DNA of 64,000 nt from a virus, in IMG/VR virus record IMGVR_UViG_3300042301_002170; one strand, 5' to 3'. Position 1 is the first letter of the stretch, and the number at the start of each line of letters is the position of its first letter. The translations under genes were made by a program, and so were the position numbers. A model generated the notes under the pieces. That model was not told the origin of the DNA and did no database searches. It saw nothing but the letters and a program-made list of their open reading frames with translations. Below, piece after piece: positions 7,627 to 16,980 of this stretch.

Positions 7627-8117
7627 TGGAGAAAAAGGAATACGAGATTTATATAGCACAACAAATATCAGCATTGAATTCCAAATATAAAATGGAAGTA
7701 GCACAACATTGGCAAGATGTATTACTAAAATCTCTAGAAGATGAGGAGAATCCTGGTATACTGGTGGATACTCTTTCAAAACTTTTAGATGATGCTACTA
7801 AAAAGGATGTAGAAAAACCTATAAAATTATCCAACCCTGAAAAGTTGGCAAGAGATTATGCATTAATGAGTGGGGATAGTGTTAATATAAAATATGTGGA
7901 TGAGGATAATTCCCAATATTACTACAAATATACAATAAGAACTAGACCAACTGCTTCCGGAAAGATGTTTATTAGAAAGAAAAAGTTAAATGGTAGAGTT
8001 TATATTGAGTTTCATCACGACAATGGGGGGTCTGAAAGTAGGAATTATGAAATGGATGAATTTACGGACTTCCAAAAGTTTATGGAATTGATTATAAATG
8101 TAATACGAAAATTTTAA
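7626..8117 (+). CDS. Hypothetical protein (163 aa; start ATG 7626)
   Basis: TAATG stop/start overlap with the upstream gene. Confidence 0.7.
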   Translation: MEKKEYEIYIAQQISALNSKYKMEVAQHWQDVLLKSLEDEENPGILVDTLSKLLDDATKKDVEKPIKLSNPEKLARDYALMSGDSVNIKYVDEDNSQYYYKYTIRTRPTASGKMFIRKKKLNGRVYIEFHHDNGGSESRNYEMDEFTDFQKFMELIINVIRKF

Positions 8118-8129
8118 AATGATATTTAT

Positions 8130-8486
8130 ATGTATAATTCGGAGGATATGTTAAGAGAGGAAGTATATGACCGTTTGATAGAAGAATTCGGTGTAACTAT
8201 TGCGGTTGCAGAGATTCTTGGTTATAAACACATTGAGGATGAGAAAGAAGATTACGAACCAATTGAGTATCGTAGTATGAAATCTCAATTAGATGTCAAT
8301 TGGATTATATCTGAATCAATTGAAACAAATAAATACCAGGTTCTTCAAAGAGAGTTATTCCGATTAAAAGGTAAAACTTCTCCAAAAATCAAAGAAACCA
8401 CTATTTATAATAAAGTTTGGAAAGATATAAATGGCAAAGCAACCAATAGAGCAAAATCCCGAGAGATACAAAAAGAAAGAAGATAA
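8130..8486 (+). CDS. Hypothetical protein
   Basis: Tiling ORF; alternative start ATG 8148. Confidence 0.65.
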   Translation: MYNSEDMLREEVYDRLIEEFGVTIAVAEILGYKHIEDEKEDYEPIEYRSMKSQLDVNWIISESIETNKYQVLQRELFRLKGKTSPKIKETTIYNKVWKDINGKATNRAKSREIQKERR

Positions 8487-9495
8487 GTGGGTTATATCCG
8501 CACTTCCTGAAACTCCTACAAAGGAACAAATTGCAATAATAAAACCATTAGAGTTAGAAGTTGGAAAACCTATCGATAAAGATAAGTTAATTCCACTTTT
8601 GGCTGTCGATGGTATTGTTGTTAAAGTAAATGATTTATACATCATATCCCCACAAACTCTTTCGGATATAAAAGATTCCAATAATCCCCATTATGATATT
8701 GTTGAAAACGGTAAAGTGCTTGAGGTTTCCATTGGTAAAACTGTACCTATTATAGAAATATCCGATAAACAGTTAGAAGCAATTGGTAATACAAGAGACA
8801 TTGCAAACAAAAACGCAGGAGTATTAGAAGTTGATTATATCTATGAAACTGAACTTGAAAAAGGAATACCTATTGGATTGGTCAATCAAATCAATTATAC
8901 CCTATCACCTGATATTTCTAGACCATCTGATAAATTCAAAACGTTAGATTGGGCATTACAATCGGAAAGAAATCCTACTGCATACGATTTAAGTCAATTA
9001 AAAATTGATACTTCACAAGATAAATCAAAATCATTAGATACTAAAAAAATGGAAACATTTTTAAAAGGTGTAGAATCTGGTTTAAAAATAATAAGAAAGG
9101 ATTTTGATGATATTAAACAATGTTTTATGGATGCCGTACTTCCTGGACTATCATCTACTACTTGGGATTTGGTTGCAACAACTGATACATCAAATGATAC
9201 ATCTGAAAAACCACAAACTATTTCAACAACATCTACCATAGTATCCGTTGGAGATACACCTCTGGTTGCTAAAGAAACTGTATTAAAGAAAGACCAAGAA
9301 GAAATAAAGACAGAAGCTGAACAAGCTAAAACTACTTTAGAAGAAAAGATTGGTAGACAATCCGATGAATTTAGAAGAGCACAAGAAGGAGATACTGAAG
9401 CACAAGATAGATTGAGAGAAGAAATTGCAGCTGCTAGAAATGCAACTTCTGATGTTTATAGTAAGTATGAAGCGTTGAGTAAGAATACTAGATAA
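8431..9495 (+). CDS. Hypothetical protein with C-terminal coiled coil (354 aa)
   Basis: Long ORF; 56-nt overlap with the upstream ORF makes the start uncertain. Confidence 0.7.
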   Translation: MAKQPIEQNPERYKKKEDKWVISALPETPTKEQIAIIKPLELEVGKPIDKDKLIPLLAVDGIVVKVNDLYIISPQTLSDIKDSNNPHYDIVENGKVLEVSIGKTVPIIEISDKQLEAIGNTRDIANKNAGVLEVDYIYETELEKGIPIGLVNQINYTLSPDISRPSDKFKTLDWALQSERNPTAYDLSQLKIDTSQDKSKSLDTKKMETFLKGVESGLKIIRKDFDDIKQCFMDAVLPGLSSTTWDLVATTDTSNDTSEKPQTISTTSTIVSVGDTPLVAKETVLKKDQEEIKTEAEQAKTTLEEKIGRQSDEFRRAQEGDTEAQDRLREEIAAARNATSDVYSKYEALSKNTR

Positions 9496-9539
9496 TGAAA
9501 CGGTTTAAAATAAATGCTAAATTAATATCTGATATAATT

Positions 9540-9641
9540 ATGAGTATTATTATGATACCATTTGTTTTAATAAGTGCGATTATAGTATCATTTGCAACAA
9601 TACTTCATTTTGGAATTTGGTGGATTAATAGAAAATTATGA
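9540..9641 (+). CDS. Small hydrophobic peptide (33 aa), not in ORF track
   Basis: MSIIMIPFVLISAIIVSFATILHFGIWWINRKL*; ATGA overlap with the start of 9638. Confidence 0.45.
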   Translation: MSIIMIPFVLISAIIVSFATILHFGIWWINRKL

Positions 9642-11596
9642 GTGATTTGAGTTTTAATTTGGTTTTTGATAATTTTGAAGAAAACGGAAACCCAATTCCT
9701 AATGGGTTAGATATTTCCAAATTAGGGGCAAAAAATAGCGATTGGAATTGGATTACATACGACCCAAAATTAAATCAAAAATTTTATAAAGTAAATGATG
9801 TTACTACAGATGCCAATTTTTTCTATGTAGTTTCCTACAATACTAATCAGTTAAAAGATATATTAGATGATACGTTTATAGTATCAAATGAAGCAATAGA
9901 GTGTTGCAAAAATAAAAATTTAAAAATTTTATTTGTAAACTTTCATGAGGTAAATGATGAAGAATTTTATGTATTAAAACGGATAGTTAAATATATATCG
10001 GATTTAGGATTGGATGAGAATAATTTTTACTATATAAACAATAATAGCAAATTAAACGTATATAAAAAAACACTAAATAGTAAAATTAACACATATACTT
10101 CTGTGTCTCTATTTGAAATGCTAGCAAAAAAATTAAATAGAAACAAACCGGTTTTTAAAGAAGATAAGGAATTTTTATTTTCATGCCATAATAGAGCAAC
10201 AAGAAAACATAGACTTGAAATTTTATGTTTTTTAAAAAAATATAATATATTAGAAAATACCGATTGGTCATTTATAGATACTTATCAAGTTCCACTTCAA
10301 CAAATTCAGTTGGGCGAAATAACTGGATATTTTACATTTGTAGCCGATGAAATTGATTGGCTTAAAACGGTAGGATTAAAATATTCTAAATATGAAGTTG
10401 GTAAATTAGATTTACTTCAATTAGATGGTGGGCATATTACCAATGTAGTTACACCAGAATGTTACATAAATTGTTATATTAATATTATAACCGAAACAAA
10501 TTTTTACATACCAGAAATACACATATCTGAAAAATCATTTCGTCCATTTTATTATATGCAATTGCCAATATTTCTTGCAACGGACAGACATGTTGAAAAT
10601 TTAAGAAAAAAATTTGGATTTGATATGTTTGATGATTTAATAGACCATAGTTACGATTTAGTAAGAAATAACCAAAAACGTATGAAAATGGTTTTTGAAG
10701 AAATAAAACGTTTAAATGATAATAAAGATTTAGTAATTGAATTTTATAAACAAAATAAACATAGATTTGAAAAAAATTTAGAGTTGTTTCAAACAGCATA
10801 TAATAAAGAAGAAACTATAAATTTTTTTAAAAGTTTATCAAATAGAAATATTAACATATTAGATACTATAGATGATATAAATAAAAATATTAAGAAAGCA
10901 AATAATATGAATGATGTAGATTTAAATTTTAAAGGTGATGGTTTTAAAATATATCACGATATAATTGTACCAAACAAATGTGGTACGAGATATTTAAGAG
11001 AATATATTTCATTAAATACGGATGATGATTACAATACTCCAATTGATATAGAACATATTTGGGATTTTCCTAATTTAAATTGGATTGTAATTAGACATCC
11101 TGAAGAATATTTAAAATCTGCTTTAAAAACTGATTTAATAAGTGTTTGGAATAATACTCCTAAGTTAAATGAATTAGATGTAATAAACAGATATTTAAAT
11201 GATGGTACAAACCATTATTTTAATAATCTATATAAAACATTATATTCGTACTCTTTAGATAATAAAAATAAAAAATTTGTTTTTTTAAAAGATTTGAGTG
11301 ATTTTTGTTTATTTAGATTTGCTAATATGAAAAATTATAGTTATGATTCAACTAAATATAATATGGTAGGTAAATATTATATGGACATAGAAACAATAAT
11401 TGATTATGTAAAAGAGTTTTATCCATCTCAATGGGATACTATTCAGTTAAATTTAAAAAAAGAAATGTTTTTTTATAATAAAATAATTGAAAATTGTATT
11501 TTTTTTAATAAAATATCACATCCTCCCATAATTGTTAAAAATCAGGAAACTATTAAAGAAGTTATTGAAAAAAATAGTTGGTTAAAAACTATATAA
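9638..11596 (+). CDS. Glycosyltransferase-like (GT10/GT-B-related) domain fused to sulfotransferase-like domain
   Basis: N-part FSCHNR..HR, INIITET..ISEKSFRP..QLPIF (GT10-like TEK..P motif); C-part PNKCGTRYL / WIVIRHP. Confidence 0.55.
   Translation: MSDLSFNLVFDNFEENGNPIPNGLDISKLGAKNSDWNWITYDPKLNQKFYKVNDVTTDANFFYVVSYNTNQLKDILDDTFIVSNEAIECCKNKNLKILFVNFHEVNDEEFYVLKRIVKYISDLGLDENNFYYINNNSKLNVYKKTLNSKINTYTSVSLFEMLAKKLNRNKPVFKEDKEFLFSCHNRATRKHRLEILCFLKKYNILENTDWSFIDTYQVPLQQIQLGEITGYFTFVADEIDWLKTVGLKYSKYEVGKLDLLQLDGGHITNVVTPECYINCYINIITETNFYIPEIHISEKSFRPFYYMQLPIFLATDRHVENLRKKFGFDMFDDLIDHSYDLVRNNQKRMKMVFEEIKRLNDNKDLVIEFYKQNKHRFEKNLELFQTAYNKEETINFFKSLSNRNINILDTIDDINKNIKKANNMNDVDLNFKGDGFKIYHDIIVPNKCGTRYLREYISLNTDDDYNTPIDIEHIWDFPNLNWIVIRHPEEYLKSALKTDLISVWNNTPKLNELDVINRYLNDGTNHYFNNLYKTLYSYSLDNKNKKFVFLKDLSDFCLFRFANMKNYSYDSTKYNMVGKYYMDIETIIDYVKEFYPSQWDTIQLNLKKEMFFYNKIIENCIFFNKISHPPIIVKNQETIKEVIEKNSWLKTI
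10523..10750 (+). repeat. Direct-repeat blocks, copy 1 (copy 2 at +4082 nt)
   Basis: 51-nt (10523-10573), 35-nt (10619-10653) and 47-nt (10704-10750) stretches identical to 14605-14655, 14701-14735, 14786-14832. Confidence 0.85.
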
Positions 11597-11615
11597 TTTG
11601 ATATTTAAATATGTT

Positions 11616-11918
11616 ATGAATATATCGGTTTTAGACACATTTGAAAGAGGTTATGTTAAGTTGGATTGGAACGAGTATATAAATCGTGTCCAATTAACAT
11701 TAGAACATATGGAAACCATTGTAGATATGATTGATACTTTTAAATTATCAAAATCTGCAAAAGAGTTGGTTGTATTTAGGTTTGAAAACATTCCCGCATA
11801 CATCACTATAAAAAAAGATGAATATCTAAATTTACTAAATTGGATATACGATAAAGCATTAGAACTTGAAATATACGAATTGTGTAAGAAAGTCATGGAT
11901 GTAAAAACTTCTTTATGA
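11616..11918 (+). CDS. Hypothetical protein (100 aa; start ATG 11616)
   Basis: Tiling ORF; C-terminal W..KALELEIYELC motif. Confidence 0.7.
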   Translation: MNISVLDTFERGYVKLDWNEYINRVQLTLEHMETIVDMIDTFKLSKSAKELVVFRFENIPAYITIKKDEYLNLLNWIYDKALELEIYELCKKVMDVKTSL

Positions 11919-12154
11919 ATAAAATAACAGAAATAGCAGTAAGTTGGTGGAGAGCTGAAAATCCTACAAAGGAACAATCTGATTTAGCACAAAAACGATT
12001 GGATATTTGTGTAGGTTGTGATTCACGTAAAGAATCAATTGTGTTCGGATTTGTATGTGGGGAATGTGGTTGCCCAATAGGTAAGAAAATATTTACACCT
12101 AAGTTGGGTACCTGTGATTTAAAAAAATGGAACAACATAGAAGGATTATCTTAA
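11915..12154 (+). CDS. Cys-rich small metal-binding protein (DUF6171-like)
   Basis: RLDICVGC..10..CGECGC..13..CDLKKW; six Cys. Confidence 0.6.
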   Translation: MNKITEIAVSWWRAENPTKEQSDLAQKRLDICVGCDSRKESIVFGFVCGECGCPIGKKIFTPKLGTCDLKKWNNIEGLS

Positions 12155-12192
12155 AATCTTATATTTATGGGTATAAACAAAACTAAATAATT

Positions 12193-13575
12193 ATGAAGAG
12201 TGTTTTAATCGGTGTAGATTATATTAAGAATACGGATGGTATAAAATTATTAGAATTAAATACGGATATTCAAATATCAAATTTAAAAGCTTCTTATTTT
12301 GACCACGATGTGTTAATGCAGTATCTTGCAACAAATAACCTAACAAAAATACACATTATATATAAGGAAATATACACCTCTCCGTTATTTATTGGTACTT
12401 TAAAAGAAAAATGTTTAACAAATAATATTGAGTATTTTGAAACTAAAATTAGTGTTAATAGTATTTTGATTGATGAGATTGCGGATGATACCGAAACTTT
12501 ATTTTTAAGATTAGCATACAATGCACAGGCGATATTAGATGAGTATTATTGCAGAGAAAATGGTGAATTGATTAATTTACTATTTGAAAATGGAAAGGAA
12601 TCTTATATACCTAAAACATATTTACAATATTCTAATGAACTTTTACATGATAATGTTGATTCTATAAATAATAATGGAAATTATCCAAATATAATAGTTA
12701 AAAAAAATTATTCAGATGCTAATAAAACGTTATATCCTGCGTTTTATAATCTTTCAAACGAAACGGAACTAAACAATTTAAAATCAAATTTACCAAACAA
12801 TATATTTTTACAAGAGTACTTATTTTCTTCTGAAAATATTGAATCTGATTTAATTGTAAATCATATTAGAAAATGGTATATTATTGCAAACTCTATGGAA
12901 GATGTAGTTGATTGTGGTGGATATTTACATTCAAACCAAGTTCCGTTAAATAACGATAACATTAATTATACCGATAGTAAATTGGATAATGCAGGTAGAG
13001 CTATGTTTTACTCTAATCCAAATAGATTATCATCTGCGGGTGTTATTTCCCATTATAAAGTTAATAAGTTAGATAGTGAGCAAAACTATCAACCAATCGA
13101 AGTTTCTCAAATTGAATATGGAGATACAATACAGGCATTAAACATTGATACATTAGATGTTGATATGGCTGAATTAAAAATGTTAGAATGGAGATATACT
13201 GGTTCGGTTGAGGATTTAATGACATATACCACCGCATCTGTTGTTAGAAATATTAAATATGATATAGAAGATTGGTTCAATAAAATTGAATATATTAGTG
13301 CAAATCAAACAACTGGTTCATTTTTATTACAAATGAACAAAATGGTATTAACTGAAAAAGATGGTATCGTTAAATTTACAAACGCGCAAGATTTAGAAGT
13401 TGGTATTAATGTTTTTAACACTACTAATAGTGTTTCTGCAATAACGGCGGTAGGTAACGAATATTTTTCTGGTTCAATATATTTACTAGATATAGAACCT
13501 ATTGATGTTTTTATAGCGGGAACTGCTGATAATGAAATTCTTAATTCAACAATAATAATGCATAACTTTAAATAA
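12193..13575 (+). CDS. Circularly permuted ATP-grasp-like ligase fused to C-terminal Hint (intein-like) domain
   Basis: N-terminal GVDY..DG.KLLELNT, IPKTY, IIVK, FLQEY; residues ~283-458 show Hint blocks (IEVSQIEYGDTI, AQDLEVG, IYLLDIEP..VFIAG, IIMHN). Confidence 0.6.
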   Translation: MKSVLIGVDYIKNTDGIKLLELNTDIQISNLKASYFDHDVLMQYLATNNLTKIHIIYKEIYTSPLFIGTLKEKCLTNNIEYFETKISVNSILIDEIADDTETLFLRLAYNAQAILDEYYCRENGELINLLFENGKESYIPKTYLQYSNELLHDNVDSINNNGNYPNIIVKKNYSDANKTLYPAFYNLSNETELNNLKSNLPNNIFLQEYLFSSENIESDLIVNHIRKWYIIANSMEDVVDCGGYLHSNQVPLNNDNINYTDSKLDNAGRAMFYSNPNRLSSAGVISHYKVNKLDSEQNYQPIEVSQIEYGDTIQALNIDTLDVDMAELKMLEWRYTGSVEDLMTYTTASVVRNIKYDIEDWFNKIEYISANQTTGSFLLQMNKMVLTEKDGIVKFTNAQDLEVGINVFNTTNSVSAITAVGNEYFSGSIYLLDIEPIDVFIAGTADNEILNSTIIMHNFK

Positions 13576-13576
13576 T

Positions 13577-13687
13577 ATGGCACAGAATATAATACAAATC
13601 AATAGACCCGTAACTTCTACACAAAACACAACTTGTTTAAATATAATTACTGATATAATTTCTTTAATTAAAGCGAAACACAGTTAA
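13577..13687 (+). CDS. 36-aa peptide, not in ORF track
   Basis: MAQNIIQINRPVTSTQNTTCLNIITDIISLIKAKHS*; fills the gap 1 nt after the upstream stop and 11 nt before the next ATG. Confidence 0.65.
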   Translation: MAQNIIQINRPVTSTQNTTCLNIITDIISLIKAKHS

Positions 13688-13698
13688 TATATTTTTAT

Positions 13699-14988
13699 AT
13701 GAGTGAATCTGTTATAAATTTGGTTTTCGATAATTTCGACCAAGATGGAAATCCTATTCCAAATGGTTCACATATTACAGAATTAAAAGCAACATTATCA
13801 AACGAGTTTTTAAACAAAAACTCATTGAGAAATTTTAATTTTAATATAAAAACAAAATTCTATCACATAAATGATATTACTAACGATGATATATTTTATT
13901 ATATAGTCGGTTACACCACTACTCAGTTAAAAACAATATTAGACGATACATTCATACTATCTAATGAAGCAATAGAATTTTGTAAAAATAAAAATTTAAA
14001 AATTTTATTTGTAAATTTTCATGAAGTAAATTATGAAGAATTTTATTCATTAAAACAAATAGTTAAATATATTTCATATTTAGGATTAGAAGAAGATAAT
14101 TTTTATTATATAAATAATAATAGCAAATTAGAAGAGTATAGAAATATATTAAACAGTAAAATCCATACATATAATTCTATGGTTTTATTTGAATTTATTG
14201 CAAATATATTATGTGAAACTAAAACATTTTTTAAAGAAAATAAAGAATTTTTATTTTTATGCCATAACAGAATTTTTAAAAAACATAGAATTGAAACTTT
14301 ATCTTTTTTAAAAACACACAATATATTAGAAAATACAGATTGGTCAAATTTAAATCAACAGTATAAACATGTAGTCTCCGAAAAATACGCACTTGGCTCG
14401 CGGCGTGGGGAAACTATGGATATACAAGAAGATAAATCAATTTCAAACAAAATAGGATTAAAATATTCTAAATACGAAATTGATAAAACGGATTTACTTC
14501 AATTAGGTCAACCGGAATTTGGCGTTGCGGTTACTCCTGAATGCTATTTAAATTGTTATATTAATATTATAACCGAAACACTTTTTTATTCTACAGAAGT
14601 ACATATATCTGAAAAATCATTTCGTCCATTTTATTATATGCAATTGCCAATATTTGTTGCAACACGCAATCATGTAAAATATTTGAGAAAACAATTTGGT
14701 TTTGATATGTTTGATGATTTAATAGACCATAGTTATGATTTAGAAATAGACCATATAAAACGTATGAAAATGGTATTAGAAGAAGTAAAACGTTTAAATG
14801 ATAATAAAGATTTAGTAATTGAATTTTATAAAAACAATAAAGATAGATTTGAAAAAAATTTAGAGTTGTTTCAAACGGCATGTAATAAAAAAGAAACTTT
14901 AAATTTTTTTAAAAATATTAATACATTAAATAAAATAAATGACACTAATGATTATTTTGATAAAAGCCAAAAGAAATCATTAGTGTAA
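13699..14988 (+). CDS. Glycosyltransferase-like protein (paralog of the 9638 N-domain)
   Basis: FLCHNR..HR, INIITET, ISEKSFRPFYYMQLPIF. Confidence 0.6.
   Translation: MSESVINLVFDNFDQDGNPIPNGSHITELKATLSNEFLNKNSLRNFNFNIKTKFYHINDITNDDIFYYIVGYTTTQLKTILDDTFILSNEAIEFCKNKNLKILFVNFHEVNYEEFYSLKQIVKYISYLGLEEDNFYYINNNSKLEEYRNILNSKIHTYNSMVLFEFIANILCETKTFFKENKEFLFLCHNRIFKKHRIETLSFLKTHNILENTDWSNLNQQYKHVVSEKYALGSRRGETMDIQEDKSISNKIGLKYSKYEIDKTDLLQLGQPEFGVAVTPECYLNCYINIITETLFYSTEVHISEKSFRPFYYMQLPIFVATRNHVKYLRKQFGFDMFDDLIDHSYDLEIDHIKRMKMVLEEVKRLNDNKDLVIEFYKNNKDRFEKNLELFQTACNKKETLNFFKNINTLNKINDTNDYFDKSQKKSLV
14605..14832 (+). repeat. Direct-repeat blocks, copy 2
   Basis: Identical to the blocks in 10523-10750 at a constant offset of 4082. 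Confidence 0.85.
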
Positions 14989-15545
14989 TGTATAATCAAA
15001 AAATAATTTTTAATGAATTAGAATGTAAACAAATTTTATCAGAATTTGTTGGAAATAATCACGTTGCTTACAAAATTCGCTATGATGGTGTTTTTTATGA
15101 AAAAGGATGTAGCGCTACTTCACATGATTTAAAATGGGATTCAAATAATAAATGGATTTTTAATAAAATTAAAAATTGGACAGATGAATTAAATTTGGGT
15201 TTAAAATGGAAAAAACCACCATCTGCAAGTTTTAGAAAATATAAAAAAGGAGATTTTTTTTTAAAACATACGGATGATGTAAAAGGTGATTATGTTAGAA
15301 GTGAAAGAGGTATTAGAATTTTAACAATAGGAATACAGTTAAATGATAAATTAGATTATTTTGGTGGCGATTTTTTTGTGTGGGATAATAGTAATAAAAT
15401 TCATATTGGTAAATCTTTGGGCAATTGTGCATTATATACCACTAATATGCCACACGAGGTTACTGAAATAACGGAAGGTGAAAGAAATTCATTAATATTA
15501 TTTATTACAGATATGCACGCTACTTTTACTAAAAGTATAATATAA
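14988..15545 (+). CDS. 2OG-Fe(II) oxygenase (prolyl-hydroxylase/PKHD-like)
   Basis: HTD..LTIGIQLN..Y.GG.F...HEVTEITEGERNSL: HxD...H iron triad plus 2OG-binding Arg. Confidence 0.85.
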   Translation: MYNQKIIFNELECKQILSEFVGNNHVAYKIRYDGVFYEKGCSATSHDLKWDSNNKWIFNKIKNWTDELNLGLKWKKPPSASFRKYKKGDFFLKHTDDVKGDYVRSERGIRILTIGIQLNDKLDYFGGDFFVWDNSNKIHIGKSLGNCALYTTNMPHEVTEITEGERNSLILFITDMHATFTKSII

Positions 15546-15546
15546 T

Positions 15547-16221
15547 ATGAATAAACTTTGGACATTTGGGGATAGCTTCACTGCAGGTCATGGTTGTACT
15601 TCAGAATTTGAGTATTATAAAAAATATTATAAAGAAGGTGATAAACTTTGGGCTGAGTTACTTTCTGATGAATTAAATTTAGAATTATCAAATATTGGTA
15701 AAAGTGGTGCAAGTAATGATTATATTATAGATTCTATAATTTTAAATTGGAACAAAATAAAACAAAATGATTTTGTTGTAATAGGGAAAACATTTAGTTA
15801 TAGATTTGATGTGCCAATAAAATCAGAAAAATCTATTATCGATACAATATCTAATAGTTGGCAATCACTTGGTATTTCTGAAAGAGAATTTAGAACAATT
15901 GGGTCACCTAATTATGTGGTTTTGGATAATGTAAATGAAGAATTTGAAACAATTATAAATTTTAATTATCATTTTGCGGCAAATCCATTGTATAAAGAAC
16001 GACAAGATTTAAGATATGACTTCTTAGTAAATGAGTTGGAGCAAAAACAAATTAAAGTTTATTTATGGGATATTGAGTCCTCACACAGAAAACTAAAGTT
16101 TAACACCATAAAAATGGATACTAAAAATGAAATAGATGACGGTCATTTTTCTTTTAAAGGACACATTGAATTTTATAGATGGATTTCTAAAAAAATAAAA
16201 AATGAAAATAAAATAATTTAA
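15547..16221 (+). CDS. SGNH/GDSL-fold hydrolase or acyltransferase
   Basis: FGDSFTAG block I, GKSGASND block II, DGH block V. Confidence 0.7.
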   Translation: MNKLWTFGDSFTAGHGCTSEFEYYKKYYKEGDKLWAELLSDELNLELSNIGKSGASNDYIIDSIILNWNKIKQNDFVVIGKTFSYRFDVPIKSEKSIIDTISNSWQSLGISEREFRTIGSPNYVVLDNVNEEFETIINFNYHFAANPLYKERQDLRYDFLVNELEQKQIKVYLWDIESSHRKLKFNTIKMDTKNEIDDGHFSFKGHIEFYRWISKKIKNENKII

Positions 16222-16281
16222 ATATGTTATGAAAATAATAAAAATAAATACACGAACCTAAAAGTAAAATCAATTATTTAA
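16222..16281 (+). pseudogene. Start-less relic 3' end of a tagged gene (ICYENNKNKYTNLKVKSII*)
   Basis: The 60-nt spacer is fully open in the upstream gene's frame and ends in the cluster tag KSII* just before ATG 16282. Confidence 0.4.
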
Positions 16282-16980
16282 ATGGAAATACATCATTTTG
16301 GGGACAGTTATTGTTTTACTAATATGGGACCTGTGTTTTGTCAAATTATGGCAAAAAATATTGAATACCAATATAATCTGTATGGACGAAGTGGATACTC
16401 TAATGAACAAATAATTAATAGTGTTATAAAAAATTTAGATAAATTTAAAAGTGGAGATAAAATATTTATAAATTTTTCATTTTTTACAAGAGGGTGTTGG
16501 TATGATGATAAATCTAAATCAATACAATCGTTAAATACGTTTTATAATGATTTAAAAAAAACAAAAAAGGATTTAGGACAAATACAAATTGAAAAAATAA
16601 TGCCATTAGTTGATTATTATTTGGTAAATACTGAAGACAACGCAAGAAAATTATTCACTATAATGGATTCCATTTTTGAATATATTGAAAAATTAGGTGT
16701 AAAAGTATTTTACATATTTGTAGATGAGTATGATTGGTCAGATGAATTATTAAACAATGGAATTAATATTAAATTTAAAAATGGGTTTGGATTTTGGTTA
16801 AAAAAGAATAATTTTCATTTAGGTACGGATGGACACTATACAAAAGGAATACAAGATATGTTAGCAGATATTATACTTAAAAAAACAAATAATTTAGAAG
16901 AAACAATTAATAAAAAGATTAATATAGATATGGTAGATGTTAATTTAGAATTAATAACAAAACCATCAAAAATAATTTAA
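16282..16980 (+). CDS. SGNH-fold protein
   Basis: FGDSY, GRSGYSN, DGH motifs. Confidence 0.65.
   Translation: MEIHHFGDSYCFTNMGPVFCQIMAKNIEYQYNLYGRSGYSNEQIINSVIKNLDKFKSGDKIFINFSFFTRGCWYDDKSKSIQSLNTFYNDLKKTKKDLGQIQIEKIMPLVDYYLVNTEDNARKLFTIMDSIFEYIEKLGVKVFYIFVDEYDWSDELLNNGINIKFKNGFGFWLKKNNFHLGTDGHYTKGIQDMLADIILKKTNNLEETINKKINIDMVDVNLELITKPSKII

Noticed and set aside
13039-13566. Canonical protein-splicing intein
   Set aside because: No Cys/Ser at position 1, Phe at +1, only a 2-residue C-extein and no homing endonuclease; kept as a Hint-like domain instead.
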